Shown: positions 12,781 to 24,583 of the stretch, in pieces
How the letters are laid out: every line of letters begins with the position of its first letter
Position numbering within the stretch: position 1 is the stretch's first letter
Source of the DNA: Tubulanus polymorphus
Taxonomy: Eukaryota; Animalia; Nemertea
NCBI RefSeq assembly: GCF_964204645.1
Contig: NC_134034.1
Location: 8,878,962-8,942,961, forward strand
Reading direction: 5' to 3'
DNA length: 64,000 nucleotides
Program-made: the position numbers and the translations under genes
Notes under the pieces: generated by a model
Told to the model about the DNA's origin: nothing
The model's input: only the letters and a program-made list of their open reading frames with translations
Databases searched by the model: none

Positions 12781-13340
12781 TTTTCAAAAATATAAAATGG
12801 AACAATTTTAAGAATATTGCTCTAGTTATTGCGACAAAGCACCGGCAGCGGCTTTGTCTTCAGCAACTCGGGACGGATGGGCAAAGATCCATGCATTTCT
12901 TAAATGACGAAGATGACTTAAAATTTGGGCGCATAATGTATGAAGACGAAGACCATTTTAATGATATAATGACATATTTAGTACGTGAACACATAGATTG
13001 CAGATAGGTCATTTGATGATAAGCCCAAAGATCGTCGTACATGGTCATATTTACATGCCTGACAACATTCTCCTTTTAGAATTTGATGAAGATGAATATC
13101 CCGTATTTTGTAAGATTACTAAGCTTGTAGTTGTTCAGGAAGAGAAATACTTGATACTTGATAGGTTTTTATTCGAGAGGTATGATTACACTATCAATGC
13201 TTATGAGCTTCGTGGATCACTCTTGTAGTAGAAATAAGATCTTGTCTGTTCAGGATCTCCAATTCCCTTTGGTGCTGCCAAAAATGCTTTGGTTATAAGA
13301 GATATGTTTTACTTTGCTTAAGTCCTCTCGTAATGTTGTA
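12781..13340 (+). pseudogene. C-terminal continuation of the outer EnSpm transposase
   Basis: FKNIKWNNFKNIALVIATKHRQ continues the RFEGKHGF motif broken at 3261; then HGHIYMPDNILLL...YPVFCKITKL, frameshifted. End approximate. Confidence 0.8.
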
Positions 13341-13412
13341 AACTGCTGTTGCCTTTATAGATTCGTATAAGCAAGGCTAGGTCACTGGATGTGGTGTGTC
13401 TGTCACATACTA

Positions 13413-13573
13413 CAGTGGAACCTCGTTACTTCATGAGACCAGAAAATATGTTCTGTATAACAGATGTATTTTGTGTCCAGTAGGAAAAATTATAGGCGGT
13501 AAAATTATCCTATTTTGAAAAGTTTGTAATAACCGATAAATCGTTATATCCGATGTCATAACGAGGTTCTATG
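13413..13573. mobile_element. Tc1/mariner-pogo-type MITE
   Basis: ta|cagtggaacctcgtta ... taacgaggttctatg|ta (imperfect TIR, TA flanks). Confidence 0.65.
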
Positions 13574-13741
13574 TATATCCAACTATCTGGCTACTCTTTT
13601 AATGCTAGAATCTTTGTGAAAATATTTCTTATTGCTTAGGTTAACGGTCCGTTTGAAAAAGCAAGGTTCCAATCTGACACTGACAGTGTCAGCTTGATCA
13701 AAATATGCGGTCGACAACAAAGCCACACTTCATCGGTGCAT

Positions 13742-13973
13742 AAATTCAGCAGGAAACAAAGTTTATTTGATCGCGTCATCACTAAAAATGTTAAAAGATA
13801 AAGGTACGTAGGTCGATATCTGGTATTATGTAGTTCAAGTTCAATTTCATGTAAATGAAATTCAGCAGGAAACAAAATTTATTTGATCGCGTCATCACTA
13901 AAAATGTTAAAAGATAAAGGTACGTAGGTCGATATCTGGTATTATGTAGTTCAAGTTCAATTTCATGTAAATG
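13742..13973. repeat. Near-perfect 116-bp tandem duplication
   Basis: 13742-13857 and 13858-13973 differ at one visible position. Confidence 0.9.
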
Positions 13974-14889
13974 TAGCGTTTCGTGGTTAGAATACAACTT
14001 GTCTCTTCATCCGCAAAGTACCTGACAATACTCCCCGGACGAGCGTGTGCACTCGCTCGTACCAGAGTCGATCATAGAAGTAGCGTGATCCTCTTATATA
14101 TCCTCAGAGTGTATATATGTATATGTGTACTGATGTAATAGATGAATATAAAATGGCGCCGCTACAAAAGGTTCGCCTGCGTCGCGTAAGCAACGGGAAA
14201 GGTGTTTATGAGGGAGTCTACGACCACCACAGGTTATGTTGATGTTATTGACTAAAATTGACTAAAATAGACTAAATCAACTGGCTTGTTAATCTTTTTT
14301 TTATTTTATTCAATCCTAGTTGAATTTTAGTTGAAGATAGTTACAACTAACTTTAATTAGAATTCAACTAAAATATAACTAAAAATTCATTAGATAAACA
14401 AAATTGTTTATTTTAGTTTAATTTTAGTTGTTGTTCAAATTATTTCAATTTTACCTTATAAATAAGATTTTTTTCTTAAATTCTTTCCTTTAATTTTTCA
14501 TTTAATCATTCTAATTAATGCGTGAATTTATGATTTCTAAATCCTTTTTCCGTCTTGTATTTTTACTACAAATTTCGCATCTTTTAATATTATTCATTCT
14601 AAATGAAATGTAATTGATATTTTTTTTCAATTCAATATATTTTATTTTACAATCATCATAAAAATGAGACAATTGTCTCGAACTATAAACTGAAAATTAA
14701 ACTAACCCTGAAATCATTTTATTAAATTTCATTTTCTCTTGACTTCTGTAAATAAGATTTAACAAATTTAATATATTTTCACTCATTTAATTAGAAAAAA
14801 AATTTATTAGATAAATGCACTAGTTTATCTGATTCGACATCATTCTTGTAATTATTACCGTTTTTATGATTATTTCCATTTTTAATATT

Positions 14890-15042
14890 TCATTTCTTCA
14901 ATTTCTTACTTAATTCATTATTTTCATTAATCAAATCCTTACTGATATTTTCATAATAAAAGTATAGCGCAGCCAATATTAAACCTCCAGCAACTAAATA
15001 ATGTTTTAAATCACTTTTTCCAGTTGGAATGAAGCCATCCAT
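14890..15042 (-). CDS. 50-aa small protein with one hydrophobic segment and a basic helical tail
   Basis: TAAATG start; MDGFIPTGKSDLKHYLVAGGLILAALYFYYENISKDLINENNELSKKLKK*; an open paralog lies at 33734-33895. Confidence 0.6.
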   Translation of the reverse strand: MDGFIPTGKSDLKHYLVAGGLILAALYFYYENISKDLINENNELSKKLKK

Positions 15043-15298
15043 TTATTTACGGAAAAAATTAAAAACGTTATAAATATTTGCTAGTTTTTAATTTAATATT
15101 TCATAATGATTTTAAAAATATTAAACTTTTAAATGTTTAATTTAAATAACAATTAAATTTACAGCCAAACAATTTAACATTTCAACAGTCTAACAATTTA
15201 ACATTTCAACAGTCTAACAATTTATTATTTTAACAGTCTAACAATCTATCGATTTAACAGTCTATTAGATATTTAAATCATTTAATTTAATTCAATAA

Positions 15299-17308
15299 TT
15301 ATTTGGCTACTTTATTTATTTTCAATGTAGAATTGTTACTCCTTTCACAGTTTTTATGTTTAATTGTTTGATTATGCTTTGATTTATGTGATTTTAAATA
15401 TTTACCTCCGCAATAACTATGAATTTTTTCATTAGGATTAAATCCTTTAAATTCATTATCTAAATTACATTGAATTCCAATATATTTCAAAGATTTATTT
15501 TCTAAACTACATTGAATTGCAATATCTATAAAAGAATTATTGCTTTCTAAATCACATTGAATTGCAATATCTTTAAAGGGTAACTGACACTTTTTTTTTT
15601 ATTTCAAAATATGATGTATTCTATTGATCTATACACTCATCTTCAACCGTTCTGTTCCAAAATGTTTAGTTAACGCGCAATTTGTGATTTTGTAACAAGA
15701 TTTTTGACCTCATTTCGTTGTTTACATCGCTAACTGTTCAGCGTCGGCTAAATCAGCAGGTGCGCGCTGCAACGTCATTACAGGCAGAGCTGAGAAATAG
15801 CGTCTATAGAAATGTGTTGAATTTTGAGGAAACTGCGTGTATTTTCTGTTATATCTCAATGCCAGATTGTTTTACAGCTTTGAAACTGGCCAGGGAGTTA
15901 AAAGGATCTATTGTCTATTGCATAAACCTATTTCAAAGAATCAATGAGTAATTTGAATAGGCTAAATCGATCAAATTGAAGATGCAGATTTCAATCCGCT
16001 GCTATGAAGCTATTTTAAAGTACACTATGCTAAGCTCTCAGCACTGTTACTGCTGCTCCATAGTTCACCTATAGTTCAGCACCACAAGCATACTACAGTG
16101 TCTTATGTAATCACAGATTTCGATCTCGCTAAAGAATAAATTGATTCATATTCGTTTACTATTTTTCAAAGTCATTTAAGACTAAGTAGGCCTAGTTTTA
16201 AAACTAACACTTCAAAACTCTACAAAAACTTTCATAAATTTCTACAGCTTTACAACAAATATTCAAAGAATAATGTTTTTCGATTAAAGTTTCACGCTGC
16301 AGAAGAGTTTTGATAGATTACATCACAAATCTTTCACAAATGTTATTTCTAAGTTTTAAAATAGGATGGATGAGGAAATATTCTTATTTTGTGACCAAAG
16401 CCGCTACCAATACGAGGTATATTTCAAGAAAAGAATTGAAATTATTCTTGCGGCTAATTCTGTCTAAGTTTCATCATCAGTTCATTAGTCAAAATATTCT
16501 TAGATCTAACCATGATCTTACTTACTATCACTAAATGATATTACAAAACGATGATTTAAACATCCGTGTTCCCTGCTGTCTACTAGAAAATGCCATGGAT
16601 TGCTATTCAAATCCTATTTTTGCGCTTAGTTTGAACGGATATGGTCCATTCAACAGTTAAGTATGATCATTAAAATGTAGACTTTCAAAATCAAGAGGCA
16701 TTTTGTCTCAATTCGAATGCCAAATAGGTATAAAATTAAGTTGAATTGCTCTTGTAGCTTATTTCCTATTCATTTCTATAGACATCATTTCCGAGCCGTT
16801 ACTTTAGTGACGTAGTTCTATTAATAGACACAGTACCACGCGTTCAGCAGAAGCAATGTATACACTGAACAGGTGCGCGAACATCAAAATCATCAATTCT
16901 GACTAGATTGAAAAGATTTGTCCAATTATGAAATCACCTAGCCTTATTGTATACTATAATATATCGTTTAGTGTAAAAAGTAGAAAATCTTTTAAAAAGT
17001 GTCAGTTACCCTTTAAAAGAATTATTGCTTTCTAATTTACATTGAATACCAATATTTGATAAATTTTCATTATGAATAATTTGTTTATTATCAAAATTAG
17101 AATAATATAATTGACGTTTTTCAATTCTTAAGTTAATCAAATCATTGTTACCTTTAGAAAGTATAAAATCGTCATTTCTTTCATTAAAAGGAGTTTCAAG
17201 AATATTTATTATGTTTTCATCAAAATTACCTTTACAATTTAAAACTGTATTAAATACTTTAGGATTTTTGGCGCCATTATCTAAAGTATCGATAAGATCA
17301 GTAATCAA
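15299..17308 (-). pseudogene. Virus-like ORF split by the Kolobok MITE; four IxIQC repeats and a zinc-finger-like tail
   Basis: Removing 15577-17012 and one TTAA fuses ORFs 17006-17308 and 15299-15490 in frame (...SNNSFK|DIAIQCD...). Confidence 0.7.
15577..17012. mobile_element. Non-autonomous Kolobok-type DNA transposon
   Basis: TTAA target duplication (15573-15576, 17013-17016); perfect 19-bp TIR AGGGTAACTGACACTTTTT with purine-purine start; no coding capacity. Confidence 0.85.
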
Positions 17309-17524
17309 ATATCTTTAATTTAATAATATTTGATTAATTACAGTAATATTATCAATTTTATATTGTTTTGCATACACTAAATTTTTTGCTGAGATATAAT
17401 TTTTAAAGTTAAATAGTGAAAATAATTCATTAAATTCTTTTATTTCAATTTTAATTTCCATTTCTTCTTTCATTTATAGGACATATTTTTAATAAAATGA
17501 ATTTTCTAGATTATTTATATCTTA

Positions 17525-18025
17525 AAATCGAAATTATTTTACTCACACTTTAAATATTGAAAAATAAAAATTATTTTACTCACACTTTTAATATTGAAAA
17601 TCGAAATTATTTTACTCACTCTTTACTCACACTTTTAATATTGAAAATCTGAATTATTTTACTCACACTTTTAACATTCAAAATCTAAATTATTTTACTC
17701 ACACTTTTAATATTAAAAATCTAAATTATTTAACCACACTTTACTCACACTTTTAATATTGAAAATCTAAATTCTTTTACTCACACTTTACTCACACTTT
17801 TAATATTGAAAATCTAAATTATTTTACTCACACTTTACTCACACTTTAAATATTGAAAATCTAAATTATTTTACTCACACTTTTAATATTTAAAATCTAA
17901 ATTATTTTACTCACACTTTACTCACACTTTTAATATTGAAAATCTAAATTATTTTACTCACGCTTTTTATATTGAAAATCTAAATTATTTTACTCACACT
18001 TTACTCACACTTCTAATATTAAAAA
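17525..18025. repeat. Minisatellite, 36-bp unit with optional 11-bp internal duplication
   Basis: gaaaatctaaattattttactcacact(ttactcacact)tttaatatt, about 12 copies. Confidence 0.9.
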
Positions 18026-19789
18026 TATTGTTATTTCTACTCCTTCTGATAATAGAATATTTGATAAATATTCATATTTTACAACTGGATTTGTAATTGT
18101 GTTCATTTTGATTGGGTGTAGTTGGTATAAAAAATCAAATAAAATTTATGTTATTGATAAATCTGAAACTACTACTATCAAAAATGAAAATACTTCTGAA
18201 ATTCCAAAATTCGCAAAGAAAAATATTTTAGAAAAAAGCAAAAAATGATTTTATTTTTAATTAATTGAATATCTCACTATTTTGTCTATCTATGCAGAGC
18301 AATTAAATTGTCCAGATAAGTCATTTCGGATTCTCAATATTTAATCAATTTTATTATCAATCTTTTTTTAATTATTAGATTTCATAAAGGAAGAACAGTT
18401 GAGGATTTTCAAAAATATTTAGAAATAATGAAAATTATTATGAATTTTGCAGTAGATGTTGAATATTCTAAAATTAGTTTAGATGGTAAAGTAACATTTA
18501 TAAAATCTAATGAAAAAGTAACACACCAGATTCAAATGCGTTCTTATGAAGTTATTTCAGAAGTTCAAATAGAGGTATTAAAGAAATTATTTAGAACACG
18601 TATTGAAGAAAGATATTATGAAGGATCTGGTTTATCATTAGATGAAATAATATTATAATAGATTTAGATATTTATAATAAAACAAGAAATAAAAGATCAA
18701 AATAAAAATATAGCTGCCAAGCAGCGATGATGGGTTTTCTGCAAAGCCATTCAGAAAGATCGGAATTGTAGTAAATTGAAATATGATGTTGATTTTGGCT
18801 TTTATGGATTACAAATTTTATAGTAATAAACAATTGATACGTGCAACATGTGTGTAAATCAAACCTATTCCACTAGTTGCGTGTGTTTCCTGAAAAACAG
18901 GAGAGTTACTCTTGATCTGAGTTATTAGAAAAATAATGTTCATTTCGTTATAGAAATTTATTGCCTTTTTGGAAATTATGTAAAAATATTTGTTCTGTCC
19001 TAATTTTAATTACTGTATGAACCTATGATATACTTTGTAAATATGATGTAATAAAATAAATTTGAATTTGAATTAAATTTGAACATGAGAATCAGGCATA
19101 ACTAAAGCATGACTAAATGAAATGAACCGCAAAATATTCATACAACATGAACACCTACAGTACATGTATACAGTAATCAAACTTTCACCGATGTTGGATA
19201 TTTGAATGAACGTTGGGCTTATTTCAGTATTCTAAAGCAGGAAATAATAAGCCCAATCAATAGGCCCTATTCTCATTGGAACAATTGTACAATGCGTACG
19301 CTATACTGCACACTTATCAGCCAAGAATGGAGAAATCGGTATACCAAACCTACGAACAGCAAAATGTACAGGCCTACAATGATTTCTGGTATACAAGCCG
19401 TGACCACATGAACGTTTTGGTTTGACTAATGTCGGCAGGTCAGAGAAGGCCTGGCCAAATTTAATCACATGGCTCAAATCAATTAGCCTTTCTGCGTGTG
19501 AATACTTCACTGTATTGTTTTAAAAATAGGCCTATCGAGTGAATTAGTACATAGACTGAATTAGACTTTAGGCTAGTCCTGACCAAATCCTATCCATGTT
19601 ATAATTGCACCAGTTATAGTAACATCACTGCAGGGCCGACGAGAGGGAAAAAGTTGTGTTTGTAGTACATAGGCATGGTAGGCTTGTTGTACTCACTTAA
19701 TACTTAAAACGCTGTTGTTACCTGTACGTGACTGTACGGTAATTTCTACAGGTTAGCCGTATGTGAGAATGTTGACGCTCAGACTTGCA

Positions 19790-19862
19790 ACATTGGGATT
19801 CGAAACCAAACGAAAAAAAAAACCAGTTGTAGTCCAGTGATTTACCCACTGTGCCACAGATC
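19790..19862 (-). promoter_or_regulatory. tRNA-derived Pol III A/B box segment inside the family A repeat
   Basis: Minus strand TGGCACAGTGG (A box) ... GGTTTCGAATCCC (B box). Second copy at ~31627-31695 on plus. Not a complete cloverleaf. Confidence 0.45.
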
Positions 19863-20549
19863 GTAACTGCAGGGTGGATGAAATTTGATTTACAAATAGC
19901 CTAGCCTCACCTAACCCAAACTCTATTCTTTCACGCATTCGCGTTTGCAGATTATAGGAACTCACGTACGGCGTTTTTAGGGAATTCACGTACGGTTAAC
20001 CTGTGAAGATCACCATACAGTCACGTACGAGTAACAACTACGTACTAAAAATGGTATTGGCTACTAAGAACTCACGTAACGGCGTTTGTAGGGAACTCAC
20101 GTACGGTTAACCTGTGAAGATCACCATACAGTCACGTACGAGTAACAACTACGTACTAAAAATGGTATTGGCTAAGGCCTATAGACAAATAAATACTGGT
20201 ACTGCGGTAGGCTTTCATAGCTTCCACACTTCACAACCGAACCAACTGACCAACCAGTATATTTAGTCCCAGTACGCACCAACCGGCACAGGCCTGAGAC
20301 TGTTTGTCAACTGTGTGTACTGTAGTAGGCTATCGATAATCACCTGGGGCCGGTTCCATAGTCGAGACTTAAGTCCAAAAAGTGGTCTTAAATCTTAAGT
20401 CTGGTCTTATTTTCTTAAGACCGAACGTTTTCTGTTCCAGAGAGAAGACTTAAGCTTAAGCCACAGTCTTAAGTCTGATATTTTTAAGTCTGTCCATTAG
20501 TGGACTTAAATATTTAAGACCGGTCTTAACATCTAAGGAAAAATACAAA

Positions 20550-21808
20550 ATGGCACATTTACTTTTGGGTATAATTTTGCCAGCTCGAAAAGAAAGAGAA
20601 TTTCGTCGGTTAGGTAACCCATTAGAGGTTTTTACCGCTGATGAGTTGAAAGAACGGTTTCGATTCAGGCCAGAGGGCATCGATTTTCTTGTGAGAACAT
20701 TCGGAGACGCGTTGACGCCTATGCAGGATAACGAAAGAGGGAAACCAATCTCAGTAGTTTGGCAGATTTTAATCGCGCTTCGGTTTTATGCCACAGGGCA
20801 TTTTCTGCAAGTAATTGGGGATACTTTTGGTATAGCGAAGAGTTCCGTTTCACGCATAATAACTCGAGTAACAAATGCAATTGTTGACCAAATACCAAGA
20901 TTTGTAAGATGGCCAACCGACGAAAATACAAAGCGCGAGATAATGCAAGGATTCTATGACATAGCACATTTTCCATCAGTTATTGGGTGCATCGACTGTA
21001 CACACATCCGAATACAAAGACCACATCATCACGAAAATGACTACGTAAACCGCAAGCGGTATCATTCATTGAATATTCAAGCTGTTTGTGACAACAAAGG
21101 TAAACCCTCACCAAATTATTGGCATATTCATATTTTCGTCAATCCGAAGTTGATCAAAGAAATATTGATTCATAGAAAATTGATATTTTCTAGGTCGTTT
21201 TACTAATGTAGTAGCGCGCTGGCCAGGAGCCACTCACGATAGCCATATCCTGCGAACTTCACAAATCGGGAGGTAAGTTTCACATTTTCAAGAATTGTAA
21301 TGTAGAATTGTGAGGTGATTTGACTAAATATCCTACGTATAATAGGTATTTTGAGGGAAATCCTGCAATCGGAGGATTGAGAAATGGACTGGTTTTGGGA
21401 GATAGCGGCTATCCATTAAAACCGTACTTGATGACCCCATTTCATCAGCCCGGAGACAGGTCCGAAGAAAGTTATAATAGGGCTCATAAGATGACTCGTA
21501 GCCTCATTGAAAGAACATTTGGAGTGTTGAAGCGTCGTTTCCACTGTCTTCATGGCGAAATTCGTATGGAGCCAGAAAAAGTTTGTAAGATATTTTCGGC
21601 GTGCGCGGTTTTGCATAATATAGCGATCAACTTGAATGAACCTTTAGATTTTGACGAAAACTTTGAAGTCGATTTGCCAGAACAAGAGGCTGTTCGTGAA
21701 GTACTTGGAAATCGCGGGCAAGAAACAAGAAATCACATTGTTTTTTGTAAATATTTAACCTCAAATATATATTTTTTGAGAATATTTATAACATGTATCG
21801 TATGGTAA
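20550..21808 (+). CDS. Harbinger (HARBI1-like) DDE transposase, 3 exons, ~363 aa
   Basis: Exons 20550-21099, 21194-21272, 21346-21808 join in frame; [76 protein letters not shown]. Confidence 0.93.
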
Positions 21809-21879
21809 TATAAATTCAAAGAGTTAAACATAAAATAAATCATAACAATAACAATATGTTAATTGGCATTTGATTAAAT

Positions 21880-23514
21880 TTAAATTTCTTGTTTTTTCAG
21901 TAGATTTAATTCAATTTTAATTTTTTCTATTTCGAGGTCAGTCTTCATCATCTTTCTTTTCACATACTCCATCTGAAGCTCGATTAGACCTGCCTGTGTC
22001 GCCGTTCTCTTTTTCTTGTTGCCTATAATCAAATAGAATATTAAACTAAGCGTTCTATTCTAGTTCTTCAAAATTTCATTCATTTAAAAAATATCTACCA
22101 TCAGCCTTAGATGAACTAGCTTGCTCTGTTTCTGCTGCCTGTAGGCTTACTCCTGAAAAACACGTATATAATATCAAGATACCCAGTCTGGTTGCAGATG
22201 GAATACAGTATACCGGTATGTAACGTTTCCAATACTTACCTCCTTCAATCATGACATGCGGGCCATCTCCATAGCTGTTTCAATCAGCGTTACATTTCTA
22301 TTTGCTTGGTCATCTCCTTTAACGGTAAGAATATACTATTTATTCATGAAAGATTGAATAATTTCATACGAGAATACCAATAGAGCTAAAAATAACTCGA
22401 AATACAATTTGTTTTATGTACTAGTACTACTTGTCTATTTTTCAAACAAAAAATACACTGGAATCATTTAAGCACTGTAAAAGAACTATATGTAAGCTTT
22501 ACCTAGATTATTTGTCGTAATTGTGGGCAGAGGTATTGCATTGGGAGCTTCAATATTTCGGATTTGCTCCGCTCCATCGTCTAAAATTAGAAACAATATG
22601 AATTTACGGGATTCGAACTATGCGTCAATTTAGCTTAGAATGGGAATATACTTCATGGGAAAGAGCTGTCGCCTGACACTACGGTTTACGACGATGAGTT
22701 TATTAAATCATGTTTAATACTCGATTGCTATGGATTTAGCCGGGGATACAGTTCAGTCATGCAATGCTAGATTGGAATATAGTTAGATATATATGTGGAT
22801 TCTTCCAATAGCTGTCAAGGTAGGAATCTTCCTATAAAGTCAATTAGTTTGGGATTCGATTCAAATGTTGCCAGTTAGCAGGTGCGCGCCAGTTAGCAGG
22901 TGCGTGATCAGATGACGTACTAGGTCAGGGTCACCTTTGTTTACACACAGACGAAAATGAGTTAGGGCAGGCTAGACTGATTCTGATAAAACAAACAAAC
23001 TATGAGTTCTAGACAACTAACAAACACCCCACACCCTCACCATTCTTAAACAAATGGTGAATCGTGAATGATTTAAATCCAAAAAGATAGAAACAATAAA
23101 CTTACTTTGTAGAATGAACGTTTCCACGCCGTCGATCCCGCACCACGTTGGATTGTCACACCACAATTCGATCACGTTCTGAGTTGCCTGGTCCAACTCA
23201 GAGGGTGGAGGTCCTCCACCGGTTTTGGAAATCAAATTGTTTTGTTTAACGAATTTCTTTTTCGCCTCCCCTTTGATATTCTTCCACTTTTTCTTGATTT
23301 CATCGACCGTTCTTCGCGCTACGCCGATCGCGTTCACTTTCGAGCAGATTTCTTCCCAAATTTCGCGTTTTCGTTTAGCAGTTATAGTATTGCTAAATGC
23401 ACCCGATAAAATTGCGTTATTGTCATTAACTAATTTAACTAAAAGATTAGTTTCATCCGTCGTATAATTGAAAGATCTCTTCCGCGCGATACTTTCATTT
23501 AAAATCTCCGCCAT
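21880..23514 (-). CDS. Harbinger Myb/SANT-like DNA-binding accessory protein, spliced
   Basis: Exon 1 23514-23106 (RKRSFNYTTDET..WEEI...EIKKKWKNIK...TGGGPPP); small internal exons near 22503-22580 and 22098-22153; last exon ends in coiled coil IELQMEYVKRKMMKTDLEIEKIKIELNLLKKQEI*. Internal exon set is approximate. Confidence 0.85.
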
Positions 23515-24583
23515 TTTGGATTCAGTCTTAAGTCCTTAAAAAAGGGCTTAAGACTGTCTTAACTAAGACCAACACTAAGACCACTCTTTGGAACGCAAAA
23601 TTAAGACCAACTTAGCAAAGTCGGTCTTAGAGGATTTAAGACAAAAAATGACTTAAGACTAGTCTTATTTTAAGTCTCGACTATGGAACCGGGCCCTGAT
23701 ACTTTTCTGTCGTTTGTTTTGTCTCTGAGACGAACGTAATTCTAGTAGCCTTCCGCGACTCAACGACCTTGATTTAAACTTGATCAATTCAAAATCTGTT
23801 TATTGACGCTTTTGGTTACATGAACTGATCAGCGATATACTTAAATAAAATAACCGGAATAACAAGAAATCAAAAATATTAAAGAGGTAACTAACAAATG
23901 CTTGTAGACCTGTCAGACACGCGAACGCCGGACTCGTAAACTCTTGGACTCGGACTCGCTGAGCAATTAATTCATAAAATTGACTTTGAAATTGATTGTT
24001 GAGAAGAGAGGGAATTATTCGATAGCTCTTCCTCGAAAAGAAGAGAGAAATATCGGAAAGAAAACACAACATGGCTACTAATTGAACGGAGCCAAATTTC
24101 CGATGTTTACGGCTCGACAGTGCCTTTATAACGTGGATTTATCAAAATTCCCATGCAGTATCTGGAGATTGAGCTGAAGGATATCATACGGATTGTATCG
24201 GCGACAGCGATAAGGTAAGGAAGCCTTTACTCTTTTAACAAAAACTATGTGGAAAAGGGAAAAAATAATAATAATCACGCGAATTTCAATAGGGTTTTCT
24301 GTGAAGAAACAGAAAACCCTAAATGTAGCTGCTAAGCAGCGATGACGGGTTTTCTGCAGAGCCATTCAGAATGATGGGAATTGTAGTAAATTGAAATATC
24401 GATACATAGAATAAAATGCATTGAGAGATTCGAACCTAATATGCAACCACTGTGTAAACGTCAAATATGATTCAGCTTTGAAACCGAACATACGCGCACG
24501 TACAATCAACAAATATGAATTTATTTGACCAGACATTTATTTTGGCATTCAAACATCATGATACTGTATCATCACCATGCTTA

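Larger units (their letters stand above)
14240..18710. mobile_element. Extremely AT-rich Polinton/Maverick-like (endogenous dsDNA-virus-like) relic
   Basis: Intronless small ORFs starting TAAATG, a CGGKY..HK.KH..T.KH finger-like segment, and ORF 18428-18658 ending EERYYEGSGLSLDEII then IDLDIY, resembling the GSGW-type segment of Polinton-like polymerase ORFs. No hallmark capsid, integrase or polymerase core seen. Confidence 0.45.
20347..23695. mobile_element. Full-length PIF/Harbinger DNA transposon (3349 bp)
   Basis: 26-bp TIR GGSCCGGTTCCATAGTCGAGACTTAA (1 mismatch), CTG target duplication (20344-20346, 23696-23698), many subterminal TAAGAC/GTCTTA motifs, two convergent genes. Confidence 0.95.
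18710..24322. mobile_element. HINE/Helentron-like non-autonomous element, family A (hosts the Harbinger)
   Basis: One end tagctgccaagcagc (hairpin) plus gggttttctg; other end gggttttctg...cagaaaaccc hairpin. Internal tandem repeats at 19955-20175. Further copies at 24325ff, 30505-32052 and 32172ff. Confidence 0.65.

Noticed and set aside
13636-13997. Two similar minus-strand ORFs
   Set aside because: By-product of the 116-bp tandem duplication.
20550-21808. Domesticated host HARBI1 gene
   Set aside because: Enclosed by TIRs and a target duplication and absent from the paralogous empty site.
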